From Mustelus asterias (lineage: Eukaryota): 64,000 nt of DNA. The translations under genes were made by a program, and so were the position numbers. Below, piece after piece: positions 1 to 13,184 of this stretch; the stretch's first letter is position 1; each line of letters starts with the position of its first letter. The notes beneath the pieces are model-generated. The model did no database searches. It was not told where the DNA came from and saw only the letters and a program-made list of their open reading frames with translations. Location of the stretch: positions 14,012,001-14,076,000 of the forward strand of contig NC_135812.1 of the NCBI RefSeq assembly GCF_964213995.1. Reading direction: 5' to 3'.

Positions 1-1036
1 CAAAAGCCTGGTTTGCAGGTGCAGTAGATAATTAAGAAGGCAAATGGAATTTTGTCCTTCGTTGCTAGAGGGATGGAGTTTAAAAACAGCGAGATTATGT
101 TGCAGCTGTATAAGGTGCTGGTGAGGCCACACCTGGAGTACTGTGTACAGTTTTGGTCTCCTTACTTGAGAAAGGATATAATGGCACTGGAGGGGATGCA
201 GAGGAGATACACTAGGTTGATTCCGGAGTTGAGAGGGTTGGCGTATGAGGAGAGACTGAGTAGACTGGGACTATACTCACTGGAATTCAGAAGAATTAGA
301 GGGCGGCACGGTAGCACAGTGGTTAGCACTGCTGCTTCACAGCTCCAGGGACCTGGGTTCGATTCCCGGCTTGGGTCACTGTCTGTGTGGAGTTTGCACA
401 TTCTCCTCGTGTCTGCGTGGGTTTCCTCCGGGTGCTCCGGTTTCCTCTCACACTCCAAAGATGTGCGGGTTAGGTTGATTGGCCATGCTAAAATTTCCCT
501 TAGTGTCCGTAGGTTAGAGGGAGTAGTGGGTAAATATGTAGGGATATGGTGGTAGGGCCTGGGTGGGATTGTGGTCGGTGCAGACTCGATGGGCCGAATG
601 GCCTCTTTCAGTGCTGTAGGGTTTCTAAGATTCTAAGAATGAGGGGGGGCGGGTTATAGAAACATACAAAATTATGAAGGGAGCAGATAAGATAGAAGCA
701 GGGAAGTTGTTTCCACTGGCAGGTAAAACTAGAACTAGGGAGCATGGCCTCAGAATAAGGGAGAGCAGATTTAGGACTGAGTTGAGGAGGAATGTCTTCA
801 CCCAAAGGGTTGTGAATCTGTGGAATTCCCTGCCCAGTGAAGCAGTTGAGGCTACCTCATTGAATGTTTTTAAGGCAAGGATAGATACATTTTTGAATAG
901 TAAAGGAATTAAGGGTTATGGTGAGCGGGCGGGTAAGTGGAGCTGAGTCCACGAAAAGATCAGCCATGATCTTATTGAATGGCGGAGCAGGCTCGAGGGG
1001 CCAGGTGGCCTACTCCTGCTCCTAGTTCTTATGTTC
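1..1036 (+). mobile_element. CR1-type LINE 3' fragment, interrupted by a SINE at 301-636
   Basis: LVRPHLEYCVQFWSP, FTQRVVNLWNSLP motifs; TTCTTATG tail. Confidence 0.92.
301..636 (+). mobile_element. tRNA-derived V-SINE (HE1-like)
   Basis: A/B boxes, V-domain, CR1-like tail; near-identical copies at 27981-28325 and 30595-30950. Confidence 0.9.
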
Positions 1037-1039
1037 TTA

Positions 1040-2170
1040 GCAAGGCAGCATTTGACCAGAGTGTGGCATCAAGAAATCCGACCAAAATTGAAGTCAATGG
1101 GGTTCAGGGGGAGAACTTGCTCCTGGTTAGAGCCATATCGAGCAGGAAGGAAGATGGGTGTGGTCTTGGAGGACAATCATTTCAGTCCCAGTACATCATT
1201 GCAGGAATTCCTCAGGGTAGTGTCCTATCGCTAATAAGTCTCTTCTCTTCCAGATGTGAGTACATCCTGTCCCTAAGAATCTTCTCCAATAATTTCCCCA
1301 CCACCGATGCAAGGCTCACAGGCCCGAATGTTAACTCGTCACGTGTCACCCCAACCTTCTTCAGCTGCTTCATCAATGACCTTCTCTCATAACGTCAGAA
1401 GTGGGAATGTTCACTGATGACTGCACAACATTCAACACCATTTGCAACTCTCAGATACTGAAGTAGTCCATGCCCAAATGCTGCAAATCTGGGCAACATT
1501 CAGGCTTGGGATGACACGTAACATTCGGGCCTGTGTGAGCCTTACATTAGTGGTGGGGAAATTATTGGAGAAGATTCTTATGGACAAGATATACTCACAC
1601 CTGGGAGAGAATAGGCTTATTAGCGATAGGCAGCATGGTTTTGTGAAGGGGAGGTCGTGTCTCACAAACTTGATTGAATTCTTTGAGAAAGTGACAAGAA
1701 AAATTGAGCAGGGCAGGGCAGTGGATGTTGTATACATGGACTTTAGTAAAGCCTTCGATAAGGTTCCTCATGGCAGGCTGATACAGAAGGTGAAGTCATA
1801 TGGGATTCAAGGTGAGCTGGTAAGATGGATACAAAACTGACTTGGGCATAGGAAGCAGAGAGTAGCAGTGGAAGTGTACTTTTCTAACTGGAGGTCTGTG
1901 ACAAGCGGTGTTCCACAAGGCTCAGAGCTGGGGCCTCTATTGTTTGTAATATATATATAAATGATTTGGAGGAAAATGTAGGTGGTCTGATTAGTAAATT
2001 TGCAGATGGTACAAAAATTGGGGGAGTAGCTGATAGTGAGGAGGATTGTCAGAGGATAGAGCAGGATGTAAACCAGCTGGAGACCTGGGCCAAAATATGG
2101 CAGATGGAATTTAACCCGGACAAATGTAAAGTGATGCGATTTGGAAGGTCTACTGCAGAAGGAAAGTATA
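1040..2170 (+). mobile_element. Degenerate LINE RT fragments (CR1/L2-group followed by CR1)
   Basis: QHGFVKGRSCLTNL, DFSKAFDKVPH, SKFADGTK motifs. Confidence 0.88.
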
Positions 2171-2668
2171 CAGTAACAGATGTAGAAAATGTACCGTCTA
2201 CAGTAGCAAAGTCATTGCACAGACCTTTCTCACTATCATTTTTACATCCTCCAGAGTATTTGCAAAGGTCACAAGAACTTAGCAAATTCTCCAAATTGGA
2301 AACTATGGAAAGTAAGTGACAAGCTGTCTCTCTTCCATTGAGATTGGAGCGAAACGTGGCACATTTGTACAGAATTCGAGTTTGTACAGCTACTTTCTCC
2401 TGACTGAAGCAGGTGATGAGAAAATAAAAGCCTTGGCAGGCAGGAAACATGTATTAAAGGTGAACCTTTGGGCCATCTTAATCTGAGGAACCAGGTTGGT
2501 TGTAAAATGGTTGCAATGTTAGTTGAATTAATGGACATTCTCACCGAATTGGCAAGAGAGGGAGTTGCGACATGAACATCTATCATAGGACCGGGATTCC
2601 CATGCGTGTTGACTTTATGAAACACAATTTCAAGCAAACGGCATCACTGGACTCTCCTCATCGCTTAC

Positions 2669-2995
2669 CCTCCACTTTTACTTGGATGTGACGTTTGATC
2701 GGTTTCTCCAAGCTGACATGCTCAACTCGACAGGTGTAGGTGACGCCATTGTCCCTGAGGGAGGCGACGAACCTGAAGAAACTGCTCATGTTGTAGGTGC
2801 CGTCTGTGTTCCGCCTGTGGGGCGAGAAGATGACGTTGGACATGTAGACGGGCAGCATGTGCCCCTCGCCCTGCTCCCGCAGCCACCTCACCGTCACGTC
2901 CAGCGGAAAATAGCGGCCTGCCTCACACATCAGCTTCTGCTCATCCCCCTCCTTCAGGGAGAGGGAATCAGGGCTCACTGAGACAATGGGTGACT
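2669..2995 (-). CDS. TAPBPL: Tapasin-family gene exon 5 (Ig C1 domain); TM/tail exons presumably left of the window
   Basis: CEAGRYFPLDVTVRW..DGTYNMSS..YTCRVEHVSL; 327 nt phase 1-1. Confidence 0.92.
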
Positions 2996-3554
2996 CTGCA
3001 AAGGAAGCGCCAAATCCACGATAAGTCACAACCAAACTGGACACACGTTCACATTTTATAGGCTCGCTAACACTCAAGGATTTCCCCGCCCCCACGGCAC
3101 GATTTCCGGCAGCGGGGACAGTTCACCATTGGCCACCAACGGGATGATGCGGTCCCACTAAAGTCCAATGGCGATTTGCGTTGCTCACCCACCGTGCCAC
3201 CTGGGAATGCGCCACTGGAGTTCACCTCCAGTGGGACCGGAAGATTCCGCCAGCGGGAAGGGCCGGAAAATCCCGCCCTAAGAACCTGAAGCTTTCAATC
3301 TCTTTAAATGGAATGAAATTGGAAGAATAGTCTTCCAATGTGAACATGACTCTGCAGTAACAAGTAAGGGGACCGACCAATTAAAAAAAAGTATTAAAAT
3401 AGTTTTTGAAAATAATCCTTTACGGTTTTCCTCAATTGCATGGTGATATTTTCACAATCATTATGTTACGCACACGCTTAAAAACGCTGGTGTTTAATGT
3501 ATCTGCAAGGAGCGTGTTTGAGAGTGAGAGGATTCAGACTGTAAAACTATCTAT

Positions 3555-4230
3555 GGGCGACTCGGTGGCACAGTGGTTAGCACTGCTGCCTCACAGCGCC
3601 AGGGACCCGGGTTCCCCCCTCTGTCTGTGTGAGTTTCCTCCGAGTGCTCCAGTTTCCTCCCCCAGTCCTGAAAGACGTGCTGGTTAGGTGTACTGGCCAT
3701 GCTAAATTCTCCCTCTGTGTACCCGAACAGGTGCCGGAGTGTGGTGGCTAGGGGCTTTTCACAGTAACTTCATTGCAAAAGTAAAAAAAAGTAAGTTTAT
3801 TTATCAGTCACAAGTAGGCTTACATTAACACTGCAATGAAGTTACTGTGAAAAGCCCCAAGTCGCCACACTCCAGCATCTGTTCGAGTACACTGAGGGAG
3901 TATTTAGCACGGCCAATGCACCCTAACCAGCAGATCATTCGGATGAAGCATAACTGGAAAGGGACAGCATTTGGAAGTTATTATTAAATGTGCTATCTTT
4001 CCATTTTTATTTTATTTATTATTATTGTCACAAGTAGGCTTACATTGACACTGCAATGAAGTTACTGTGAAAATGCCCTAGTCGCCACACTCCGGCACCT
4101 GTTTGGGTACACTGAGGGAGAATTTAGCATGGCCAATGCACCTAACCAGCTCGTCTTTGGACTGCGGGAGGAAACCGGAGCACTCGGATGAAACCCACGC
4201 AGACACGGGGAGAACGTGCAGACCCCTCAC
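3555..4230. mobile_element. Cluster of V-SINE variants with an alternative tail (head-to-tail and inverted)
   Basis: Shared ctccctcagtgtacccgaacag...gtaagcctacttgtgac tail in both orientations. Confidence 0.8.
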
Positions 4231-4363
4231 AGCGACAGTGTTAATGTAAGCGGCCGCTGTCATGTTCGACACTGTTCTGTCATCCCCAACGGATTCAAAT
4301 AGTCATTTCTCCTGGCCCATTCATGTACAAATGTTGATCAATGTATCGGATTTGGTATCTTAC

Positions 4364-4702
4364 CCATGACCTCCACCTCAATGGTCTGTGTTCCAAAGAG
4401 TGGAGGGACATACACGGAACAGGTGTAGGATCCCTCATCTTTAATGCCGATATTTCTAATGCGGATGGAAGCATTTCCGTTCTTGATTTGATCCATAAAT
4501 ACTTCAACTCCTTCCTCCAAGTGTTCAACCCGCTCATGTCGTCCATTGTAGGAGAACAGTTTCTTCTTGGTCCCTTTGTGTTGGTATCTCCAGTCAATGT
4601 TAAAGTCGGTACTGTGATCAATCTTGTAGCCGCAGTCCAGAACCAGGTCTTGCTTGAGTTTGGTTGTAATCAGTGGGGTGCTGGTATGTACAATGTAGCT
4701 CA
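4364..4702 (-). CDS. TAPBPL: Tapasin-family gene exon 4 (Ig V domain)
   Basis: LDCGY..WRYQHKG..GNASI..DEGSYTCSV; 339 nt phase 1-1 with AG/GT. Confidence 0.92.
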
Positions 4703-4804
4703 CTAACATGTAAAAAGAAAAGGCTATTTATCTTGCATTTCGCAACAATTAATTATTATTCATACCCAAGATAAAACCGCTTAAAATCCTATTTTCCTCA
4801 TAGA

Positions 4805-5445
4805 ATAGAATCATAGAATCCCTCCAGTGCAGAAGGAGGCCATTCGGCCCATCGAGCCTGTACCGACAACAATCCCACCCTATCCCCGTAACCCCACATA
4901 TTTACCCTGCTAATCCCCCTGACACTAGGGGGCAATTTGGCATGGCCAATCCACCTAACCAGCGCGTCTTTCGGACTGTGGGAGGAAACCGGAGCACCCG
5001 GAGGAAACCCACACAGACACGGGGAGAATGGGCAGATTCCGCACAGGCAGTCACCCGAGACTGATCGTGCCGCCCATCATTTCACAAATCCAGTCACATG
5101 GTGGCACAGTGGTTAGAACTGCTGCCAAGGTCCCGGGTTCAATTCCGACCTCAGGTGACTATCTGTGCGGAGTCTGCATGTTCTCCCCGTGTCTGCGTGG
5201 GTTTCCTCCGGGTGCTCCGGTTTCCTCCCACACTCCAAAGATGCGCGGGTTAGGTGGATTGGCCATGCTAAACTCTCCCTTAATGTCCCAAGATGTGTAG
5301 ATTAGATGGATTAATCATAGTAAATGTGTGGGGTTACAGGGATAGGGTGTTGGAAAGGGCCTGGATAAGATACTCTGTCAGAGAGAGTCGATGCTGACGT
5401 GATGGGCCGAAAGGCCTCCTTCTGCACTGTAGGGATTCTATGATT
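4805..5445. mobile_element. Two back-to-back V-SINEs (- then +)
   Basis: Similarity to the 301-636 copy. Confidence 0.85.
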
Positions 5446-5525
5446 CAGTATGTTGCATGGTTACTTACTTTGTTCATCCACGTTAATATTGATGGTTTTT
5501 AACACTCCCATGGAAGGCAGACATT

Positions 5526-5883
5526 NNNNNNNNNNNNNNNNNNNNNNNNNNNNNNNNNNNNNNNNNNNNNNNNNNNNNNNNNNNNNNNNNNNNNNNNNNN
5601 NNNNNNNNNNNNNNNNNNNNNNNNNNNNNNNNNNNNNNNNNNNNNNNNNNNNNNNNNNNNNNNNNNNNNNNNNNNNNNNNNNNNNNNNNNNNNNNNNNNN
5701 NNNNNNNNNNNNNNNNNNNNNNNNNNNNNNNNNNNNNNNNNNNNNNNNNNNNNNNNNNNNNNNNNNNNNNNNNNNNNNNNNNNNNNNNNNNNNNNNNNNN
5801 NNNNNNNNNNNNNNNNNNNNNNNNNNNNNNNNNNNNNNNNNNNNNNNNNNNNNNNNNNNNNNNNNNNNNNNNNNNNNNNNNNN
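5526..5883. other. Assembly gap
   Basis: Run of N. Confidence 1.
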
Positions 5884-6036
5884 GCGCGCACACATGCGCA
5901 CGCGCACACACATGTGCACACACACGTACACACGCATACACACATATGCACAGACACACGCACACACATGTGCGCACATGCACACACACGCACACGCACG
6001 CACACACACATACATGTACACATGCGCGCGCACACA
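5884..6036. repeat. Degenerate (CA)n microsatellite
   Basis: Alternating purine-pyrimidine tract next to the gap. Confidence 0.95.
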
Positions 6037-6097
6037 TATCTTTTTTTGCAGCACTCTCTCTGAAATTATCCCGGGTTGGTCTGCGTTTGAACATTAC

Positions 6098-6379
6098 CTT
6101 GAACTAACAGAGTGTCGGTATCACCAATGTCTGAAGCTTCGTCGTCCACATTTGCTTCACTGTGCTGGCCGTCAGGTGCTTCTACCTTCCTCACAAAGCT
6201 GGTCGCAATGAACCTGCTAGTTAAATGCTTTATCGTCACCGTGAACCATATGTCTGTAATGGCCTCCTTGCCCTGCTGCGGCCAGGGCACGTGGATGCCG
6301 TGGGTGGAGTACCTGCTGATTTCACATCCCAATTTGTCAGGCTGCTCACCCACATACTGGAAGATATCTAATGAAGACT
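6098..6379 (-). CDS. TAPBPL: Tapasin-family gene exon 3 (CEISRYSTHGIHVPWP...DIWFTVTI)
   Basis: tttacag acceptor, AG|GTAAT donor, 282 nt phase 1-1; CEISRY motif of the tapasin/TAPBPR family. Confidence 0.9.
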
Positions 6380-6448
6380 CTGTAAATAAGGAGGAAGGGT
6401 CGCATAATAATTAAACAGTACGTTCATAGGAAACGATGCAAACCATTC

Positions 6449-6820
6449 ATAAGTTCATAAGATATAGGAGCAGAATTAGGCCATTCGGCCCATCGAGTCC
6501 ATTCCGCCGTTCGATCATGGCTGATATGCTCCTCATCCCCATTTTCCTGCCTTCCCCCCACAACCCTTCAACCCCATTACCAATTAAAAATCTGTCTCAC
6601 TCCTCCTTAAAGTTACTCACTGTCCCAGCATCCACCGCACTTTGGGGTAGCGAATTCCACAGATTCACAACCCTTTGGGAGAAGTCGTTTCTCCTCAACT
6701 CTGTTTTAAATTCACTACCGCTTATCCTAAGACCTCTTGTCCTAGAATCCCCCAACAACAGGAAGCATCCGCTCCACGTCTACTTTATCCATACCTTTTA
6801 TCATCTTGTAAACCTTCACA
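6449..6820 (-). mobile_element. CR1 3' fragment
   Basis: Reverse complement of the CR1 3' end and tail. Confidence 0.8.
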
Positions 6821-7061
6821 GAAAGATGGGTCCCAGCACTAAACATACACATTTCTCTAATCCTCTCAACTTGTAAGATTCTGCAGATCTTTCCGCCGTC
6901 ACTTGTGATCGAGAAACAACCAGGGTATTCATGTATTTAAATATTACTCTTAAATCCCGAGTTATCTCTTTTTACACTGAAAATCTATCTCTCCAAATCA
7001 ACTTAATCAACACTACCAATTCCATTTGACCTGCTATTTTGAAATGACTGACTGAGTGTTC

Positions 7062-7582
7062 CTGTTGGGGAACACTTCAGAGGTCACGGGCATTCGGCCT
7101 CTGATCTTCGGTTAAGCATTCTCCAAGGCAGCCTTCATGACACACAACAGCGCAGAGTCGCTGAGCAGAGACTGATAGCCAAGTTCTGCACACATGAGGA
7201 CGGCCTCAACCGGGATCTTGGGTTCATGTCACACTATCTGTAACCCCCACAACTTGCCTGGGCTTGCAAAATCTCACTAACTGTCCTGGCTGGAGACAAC
7301 ACACATCTCTTTAACCTGTGCTTAACCCTCTCTCCACTCACACTGTCTGTACCTTTAAGACTTGATCACCTGTAAAGACTCGCATTCCAACCGTTATCTT
7401 GTAAATTGAGTTTGTGTCTTTATATGCCCTGTTTGTGAACTGAAATCCCATTCACCTGACGAAGGAGCAGCGAGCGCTCCGAAAGCTAATGGCTTTTTCT
7501 ACCAAATAAACCTGTTGGACTTTAACCTGGTGTTGTTAGACTTCTTACTGTGCTTACCCCAGTCCAACGCTGGCATCTCTAT
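7062..7582 (+). mobile_element. Penelope-like element 3' part (GIY-YIG C-terminus plus pLTR with hammerhead motif at 7453-7492)
   Basis: Homologous to 33696-34240; CTGACGA-GGAGC..GCTCC-GAAA. Confidence 0.85.
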
Positions 7583-8268
7583 ATCCTGTCGACATCAACA
7601 GGGACAAAGTAGAAAGGGTCGAGAGCTTCGAGTTTTTAGGTGTCCAGATCATCAACAACCTGTCCTGGTCTCCCCACGCCAACACTATAGTTAAGAAAAC
7701 CCACCAACGCCTCAACTTTCTCAGAAGACTAAGGTAATTTGGCATGTCAGCTACGACTTTCACCAATTTTTACAGATGCACCATAGAAAGCATTCTTTCT
7801 GGTTGTATCACAGCTTAGTATGGCTCCTGCTCTGCCCAAGACCGCAAGGAACTAGAAAACGTTGTGAATGTCACCCAATCCATCACGCAAACCAGCCTCC
7901 CATCCATTGACTCTGTCTACACTTCCCGCTGCCTTGGCAAAGTAGCCAGCATAATTAAGGACCCCACGCACTCCAGACATTCTCTCTTCCACCTTCTTCT
8001 GTCGGGAAAAAGGTACAAAAGTCTGAGGTCACGCACCAACCTACTCAAGAACAGCTTCTTCCCTGCTGCCATCAGACTTTTGAATCGACCTACCTTGCAT
8101 TAAGTTGATCTTTCTCTACACCCTAGCTGTGACTGTAACACTCCATTCCGCACTCTCTTCTTTCCTTCTCTATGAACAGTATGCTTTGTCTGTATAGCGC
8201 GCAAGAAACAATACTTTTCACTGCATACTAATACATGTGACAATAATAAATCAAATCAATTCAAATCA
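7583..8268 (+). mobile_element. Rex1/Babar-like LINE 3' fragment
   Basis: FLGVQI..LSWS..KNSFFPAAIRLLN; (ATCAA)n tail; related copies 17770-18160(-) and 26060-26630(+). Confidence 0.8.
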
Positions 8269-9084
8269 ATGAACACCGTTTCTCCCAAAAGACTTCTTCA
8301 GACTAATTATTGGCAATTGCATCCAATTTCTGTTTGAAACATGTCACCCTTATTGAGTAAGCTAAAGGTAAAGTTGCTATAGTCCCAGGCACTTGGCACT
8401 GACTGGTGGCGATTTTACTTGAGGGTCACCACACCTCAGGTAAGGGGCAAGGATGAGAAGGCAGCAACCTTCAAGAATAACCTCAGCCGGTACGGGAATT
8501 GAACCTGCCTTGCTGGCCTCACTAACCAGCTGTCCAGCCAACTGAGCTAAACTGACTGAGTGGACCAGCCCTGTCCCCACAAGCCTTGAGCAAAGAGCTG
8601 CCTATGTTATAATTTCACACGTTGTGCACATTTATTTCTTTTCCCCCGTTGAATTATTAGTCGTACCTTACCCTCTGTGACCCAGGAAGAATTGCATTTG
8701 TAGAACTCCTGCGGTGCAGAAGGAGGCCTTTCGGCCCATCTGGCCTGCACCGACTCTCCGGCAGAGCGTCCCACCCATTCACTGTAGTAATGCAGGAAAT
8801 GCGGCAACCAATTTACGCATAGCAAGCTCCCACAAACAGCAATGGGATACAGTAAACTCCTGTCCCTTACAGGGGGTTTCCATTCCCGCGAAACCCCGCG
8901 GTATGCGAATTGGCGAACCGCCACATGCGCAGAGTCAGTGCACGCACAGCGCACGCTTTCTCCGGAGGAAAGGTGACAGTTCAACATCTTAATCGCAGTT
9001 GAGTGAGTTTCGGGGCCGGTATTACATGTACAAATGCATCTGCGCGGGTTAATGATTTCACGATAGAGGAGGTCGTGAATCATA

Positions 9085-10450
9085 TAGAATCATAGAATCC
9101 CTACAGTGTAGAAAGAGACCATTCGGCCCATCAAGTCTGCACTGACCACAATCTTACCCAGGCCCTACTCCTGTAACCCCCACATTTTTACCCTGCTAAT
9201 CCTCCTGACACTAAGGGGCAATTTATCATGGCCAATCAACCTGACCTGCACATCTTTGGACTGTGGGAGGAAACCGGAGCACCCGGAGGAAACCCAGACA
9301 GACACGGGGAGAACGTGCAAACTCCACACAGACAGTGACCCAAGCCAGGAATCGAACCCGGGTCCCTGGCGTTGTGAGGCAGCAGTGCTAACCACTGGGC
9401 CATCGTGCCGCCCCACGGGAGTTTACTGTAATGATAATCTGTTTCGTGTCACCCCACCTGGCCCTCTTCAATATAGTACTATGGCCTCTCTTCCATCCAC
9501 CTGAAGGTAGGCTGAACCTCACTTTACCATCAAGACAATATCAGGCACTGCATACCCCATAGCAGTGAGCAGAGGGGTCACACTGTATCACAAATCTCCA
9601 ATACGGGACTTAAAACCACAATCTTCTAATTCAGGGGTACGGGTGCTACTCACTGGGTCATGGCAGATCTGCACAGCGAACAGAAGCTGTGATAATCTGT
9701 CCTTCACAGGATCATCATAGAATCCCTACAGTGCAGAAGGAGACCATTCACCTCATCAAAGTAAAGTTTATTTATTAGTGTCACAAGTAAGGCTTACATT
9801 AACACTCCAATGAAGTTCCACTGGTCGGCGCAACATCGAGGGCCGAAGGGCCTGTACTGCGCTGTAACGTTCTATGTTCTAAGTTACTGTGAAAATCCTC
9901 TAGTCGCCACACTCTGGCGCCTGTTTGGGTACACTGAGGGAGAATTTAGCATGGCCAGTGCTCCTAACCAGCACGTCTTTCAGACTGTGGGAGGAAACAG
10001 GAGCACCCGGAGGAAACCCACGCAGACACGGGGAGAATGTGCAGACTCCGCACAGACAGTGACCCAAGCCAGGAATCGAACCCAGATCTTTGGCCCTGTG
10101 AGGCAGCAGTGCTGACCACTGTGGCACCGTGCCGCTGCAGGGTATCTAGAACTAGGGGTCACTGTTTAAAAATAAGGGGGAACGCCCATTTAAAATAGAG
10201 ACGAGGCAAAATGTTTTCTCTCAGAGGGTCGTGAGTCTTTTGAACTCTTTTCCTGAGAATGCAGTGGAAGCAGATTCTTTGAATATTTTGAAGGCAGAGG
10301 TGGATAGAGTCTTGATAAGCAAGGGGGTGAAAGGTTATTGGAGGTAGGCAGGATGCATATTTGAGATTGAGATCAAATCAACCCTGATCTTATTTAATGG
10401 CAGGGTAGGCTTGAGGGGCCGAATGGCCTACTCCTGCTCCTTGTTCGTAT
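9085..10450. mobile_element. V-SINE copies (9085-9415, 9715-10135, minus) and CR1 3' end (10140-10450, plus)
   Basis: Similarity to other copies in the window. Confidence 0.8.
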
Positions 10451-10499
10451 GCTAGTATAATAAAATAAAGAAGGCAGGGCTTTCTATTACGAGTGTGGA

Positions 10500-10852
10500 A
10501 AGGCAATGGCCTAATGGTATTTTTGCTCGATTATTAATCCAAAAACTCAGCTAATGTTCTGGGGACCCGGTTTCAAATCCCATCACGGCAGATGGTGGAG
10601 TTTGAATTCAATAATAAAATATCTGGAATTAAGAATCTACTGATGACCATTGTCGATTGTCGGAAAAACCCATTTGGTTCAGTAATGTCCTTTAGGGAAG
10701 GAAATCTGCCATCCTTACATGGTCTGGATTACATGTGACTCCAGAGCCACAGCAATGTGGCTGATTCTCAACTGCCCTCCAAGGGTGACTTGGGATGGGC
10801 AATGAATGCTGGCCAGTCAGCGACGCCCATGTCCCACGTATGAGTACAAAAA
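10500..10852 (+). mobile_element. Second tRNA-derived SINE family (second copy 41210-41592)
   Basis: A/B-box head; tail shared with the LINE 3' end at 25240-25300. Confidence 0.75.
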
Positions 10853-10961
10853 AAATTAATTGTGGGGGAATAGAAAGGATTTCCCGAACCATTGCGGACA
10901 ATTACCCTCAATGTGGGAGATGCCCTCCAGAGAAAATAAATCGATGACCAAAGCACAATAC

Positions 10962-11141
10962 CTTGAAGTTTGAAAATAATGGCCTTCTCATTTCCACTCA
11001 GATCACCAGACAGAAGCAGGGCCTTCCTCTTGATGACTGTTGGTCCAAATACTTGCATCTCTTCACTTTGCATCTCATTCACAAACACGCAGTCCAGCTT
11101 TCTGTTTGGGACCGTGCGTCTATTCTGTGCCTGCACGATTG
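10962..11141 (-). CDS. TAPBPL: Tapasin-family gene exon 2 (N-terminal domain, LDCVFV...ALLL)
   Basis: tttctcaag acceptor, AG|GTATT donor, 180 nt phase 1-1; DC...ALLL motif typical of the tapasin N-domain. Confidence 0.85.
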
Positions 11142-11755
11142 CTTGAGAAATAAATAGAGGAGTTTAAAAGAAAAATTTCAACACCAACTGCATACTGTCA
11201 CTCCGCACATTGCACAGACACCTCACTGAATACCAAGTTGGATTACTTGCCATCTCTACATTGGTGATGATTGTTCTGCTTTCAAGTGCATCTTTTTCAT
11301 TAACCTCTTAAGTGTGGCTCGGTCATTAGCTTTTGTGCCTTGGTGCCATCATATTATGGGTTCAAGCCTTGTCCCAGGAACCCGAGCACGTAAGCCGGGC
11401 AATACTACTGCGCTCACTCAGTATTGCACAGCAGTACCGAGGTTTGGAACCAAAATGGGTGTGCAGAGTTAAGGTACAGATCAATCAAAGTTTCATTGAA
11501 ATGTGGAACAGCCTTGAAGGGCTGAATGGCCTACTCCTGTCCCCATGTTTCCCAACCCGGTGCAATTGGTTTCTGTATTGGACTAAGCATCATTACAGAA
11601 TTGCTATACATTGCAGAGAGGTTATAAACACTGCAAACCATTCCCCACTTATTTTCACCTGCACCCCTGCTACTATCATCAAGCAGTCTACATCCAATTA
11701 TCCAAACCAACACCTCCATCCAGGTCTTCCTCTACAAAGATTATAAAAAGACTTA

Positions 11756-12425
11756 AATAAAAGCAGAACACTGTGGATGCTGGAAATCTGAAATAAAAGC
11801 AGAAAATGCTGAATAAACTCAGCAGGTCTGGCAGCATCTGTGGAGGCAGAAACAGAGTTTTGCTTCCATTGAGCGCTGACCTTTGTTCTTCTATTAACAC
11901 ATTCTGCTATCCTCCCTTTTTAATTTTTTTAACTTCATCCTTAAAGTTACAAAGCCAATGCTCAGAATGGACCAGGCAAAACCCAAATCCATTCCTTGCT
12001 TGCTCCAAAAACCAAATTCAAAATCCAATTGAATCCAATTCATGGTCCCCACAAGAGAGACAAACAAGATCCAAGATGACAAGATGAGGCATTGCATCCC
12101 CATCTTGGGCTTGAATCTGACGCTTGATCTTAGCCAAAAGACTGACAAATCTTACCTTTATGCCACTATTAGCACTTCTTCAGTCCTTAATGCCACCATT
12201 AACACTCCCTTTGTCTTGTGTCCATGACATCTTTGTCAATCTCTCCTTAATTCCGACCTGTCCCTGACCTTCCATTCACCTCCCCACCACTATATAATCG
12301 ATGACATTTCTATCCTTCTTCAATTCTGTAGAATTGTCAGACAGACCCGAAACGTTAACTATGATTCTCTCTTCACAGATGCTGCCATTCCTGCTGAGTT
12401 TATCCAGCATTTTCTGGTTCTTTTT
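11756..12425. mobile_element. Penelope-like family B relic with inverted terminal repeats
   Basis: aaaatgctg..ctcagcaggtctggcagcatctgtg at the left, inverted at 12345-12420; related pieces at 16945, 23920, 32080, 36720, 59690. Confidence 0.65.
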
Positions 12426-13184
12426 GTTATCAAAAGACTTTATTGGTCTGCAACACTTTTGATGCACAGAACACTTTATTGTAACTCACGTCATTCAAGC
12501 AAAGCATTCCCTGGTTCCTGCACAGACCAATGTTGTGATTGCGTCGCTGAAGATTTTATCTGCTGGGCATTTCTTGTGAAATTGTAAATGCATTTCCTTA
12601 AAGGGTTTTTAAATTGAATAGGCAAAAAAACTGCCTTTATATAGCACAATATAGAATGACTAAGTAATCTACTTATGCCAAAATTGGTAAGGGGATTGAT
12701 GGTATATTAGGGAGAACTCCCTCTTTAAAATTACCATGGAATTTTTAACAGCTCTAAATGGGTTTACCCTTTCATTTATCATGGAAAATGACTGTTGACA
12801 GACCAGCACTCCTGCAGCACTGCACTCTCGTGTCAGTGCCCTGTGAACTCACAGAGGGATAGTCCAACCTCACTGATGCAAACTGATCTAAAGATACCAG
12901 GGTGAATCTTCACAAAGACGTTTCCAAGGTCATAACACATAACCGGATCGAGGAATGCTTATCCCAGTGACCCTTTACAGGTGTGATTTACAATGTTTGT
13001 GGGCTGCTAATCATTGTGGGGTCCTAAAAGCCATTATATTCTCCCGTCATTGACACAATGAGCCAATGGTTTTCTGACTTGTCTTAGAACCATAGAATCC
13101 CTGCAGTGCAGAAAGAGGCCATCCAAAGAGCATTCCACCCAGGCACCCCCTCCTCCATACTATCTCTGTAGCCCCTGCGCATTT

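Noticed and set aside
301-372. tRNA genes at SINE heads
   Set aside because: A/B boxes continue into SINE bodies; no complete cloverleaf
2170-2640. Possible TM exon of the tapasin-like gene
   Set aside because: No hydrophobic in-phase exon with good splice sites found; probably outside the window
3080-3280. GC-rich MITE-like element (also 8848-9000, Tigger-like start)
   Set aside because: Could not define both termini or a TSD by eye
5450-6211. Long ORFs across the gap
   Set aside because: Artefacts of the N run and CA repeat
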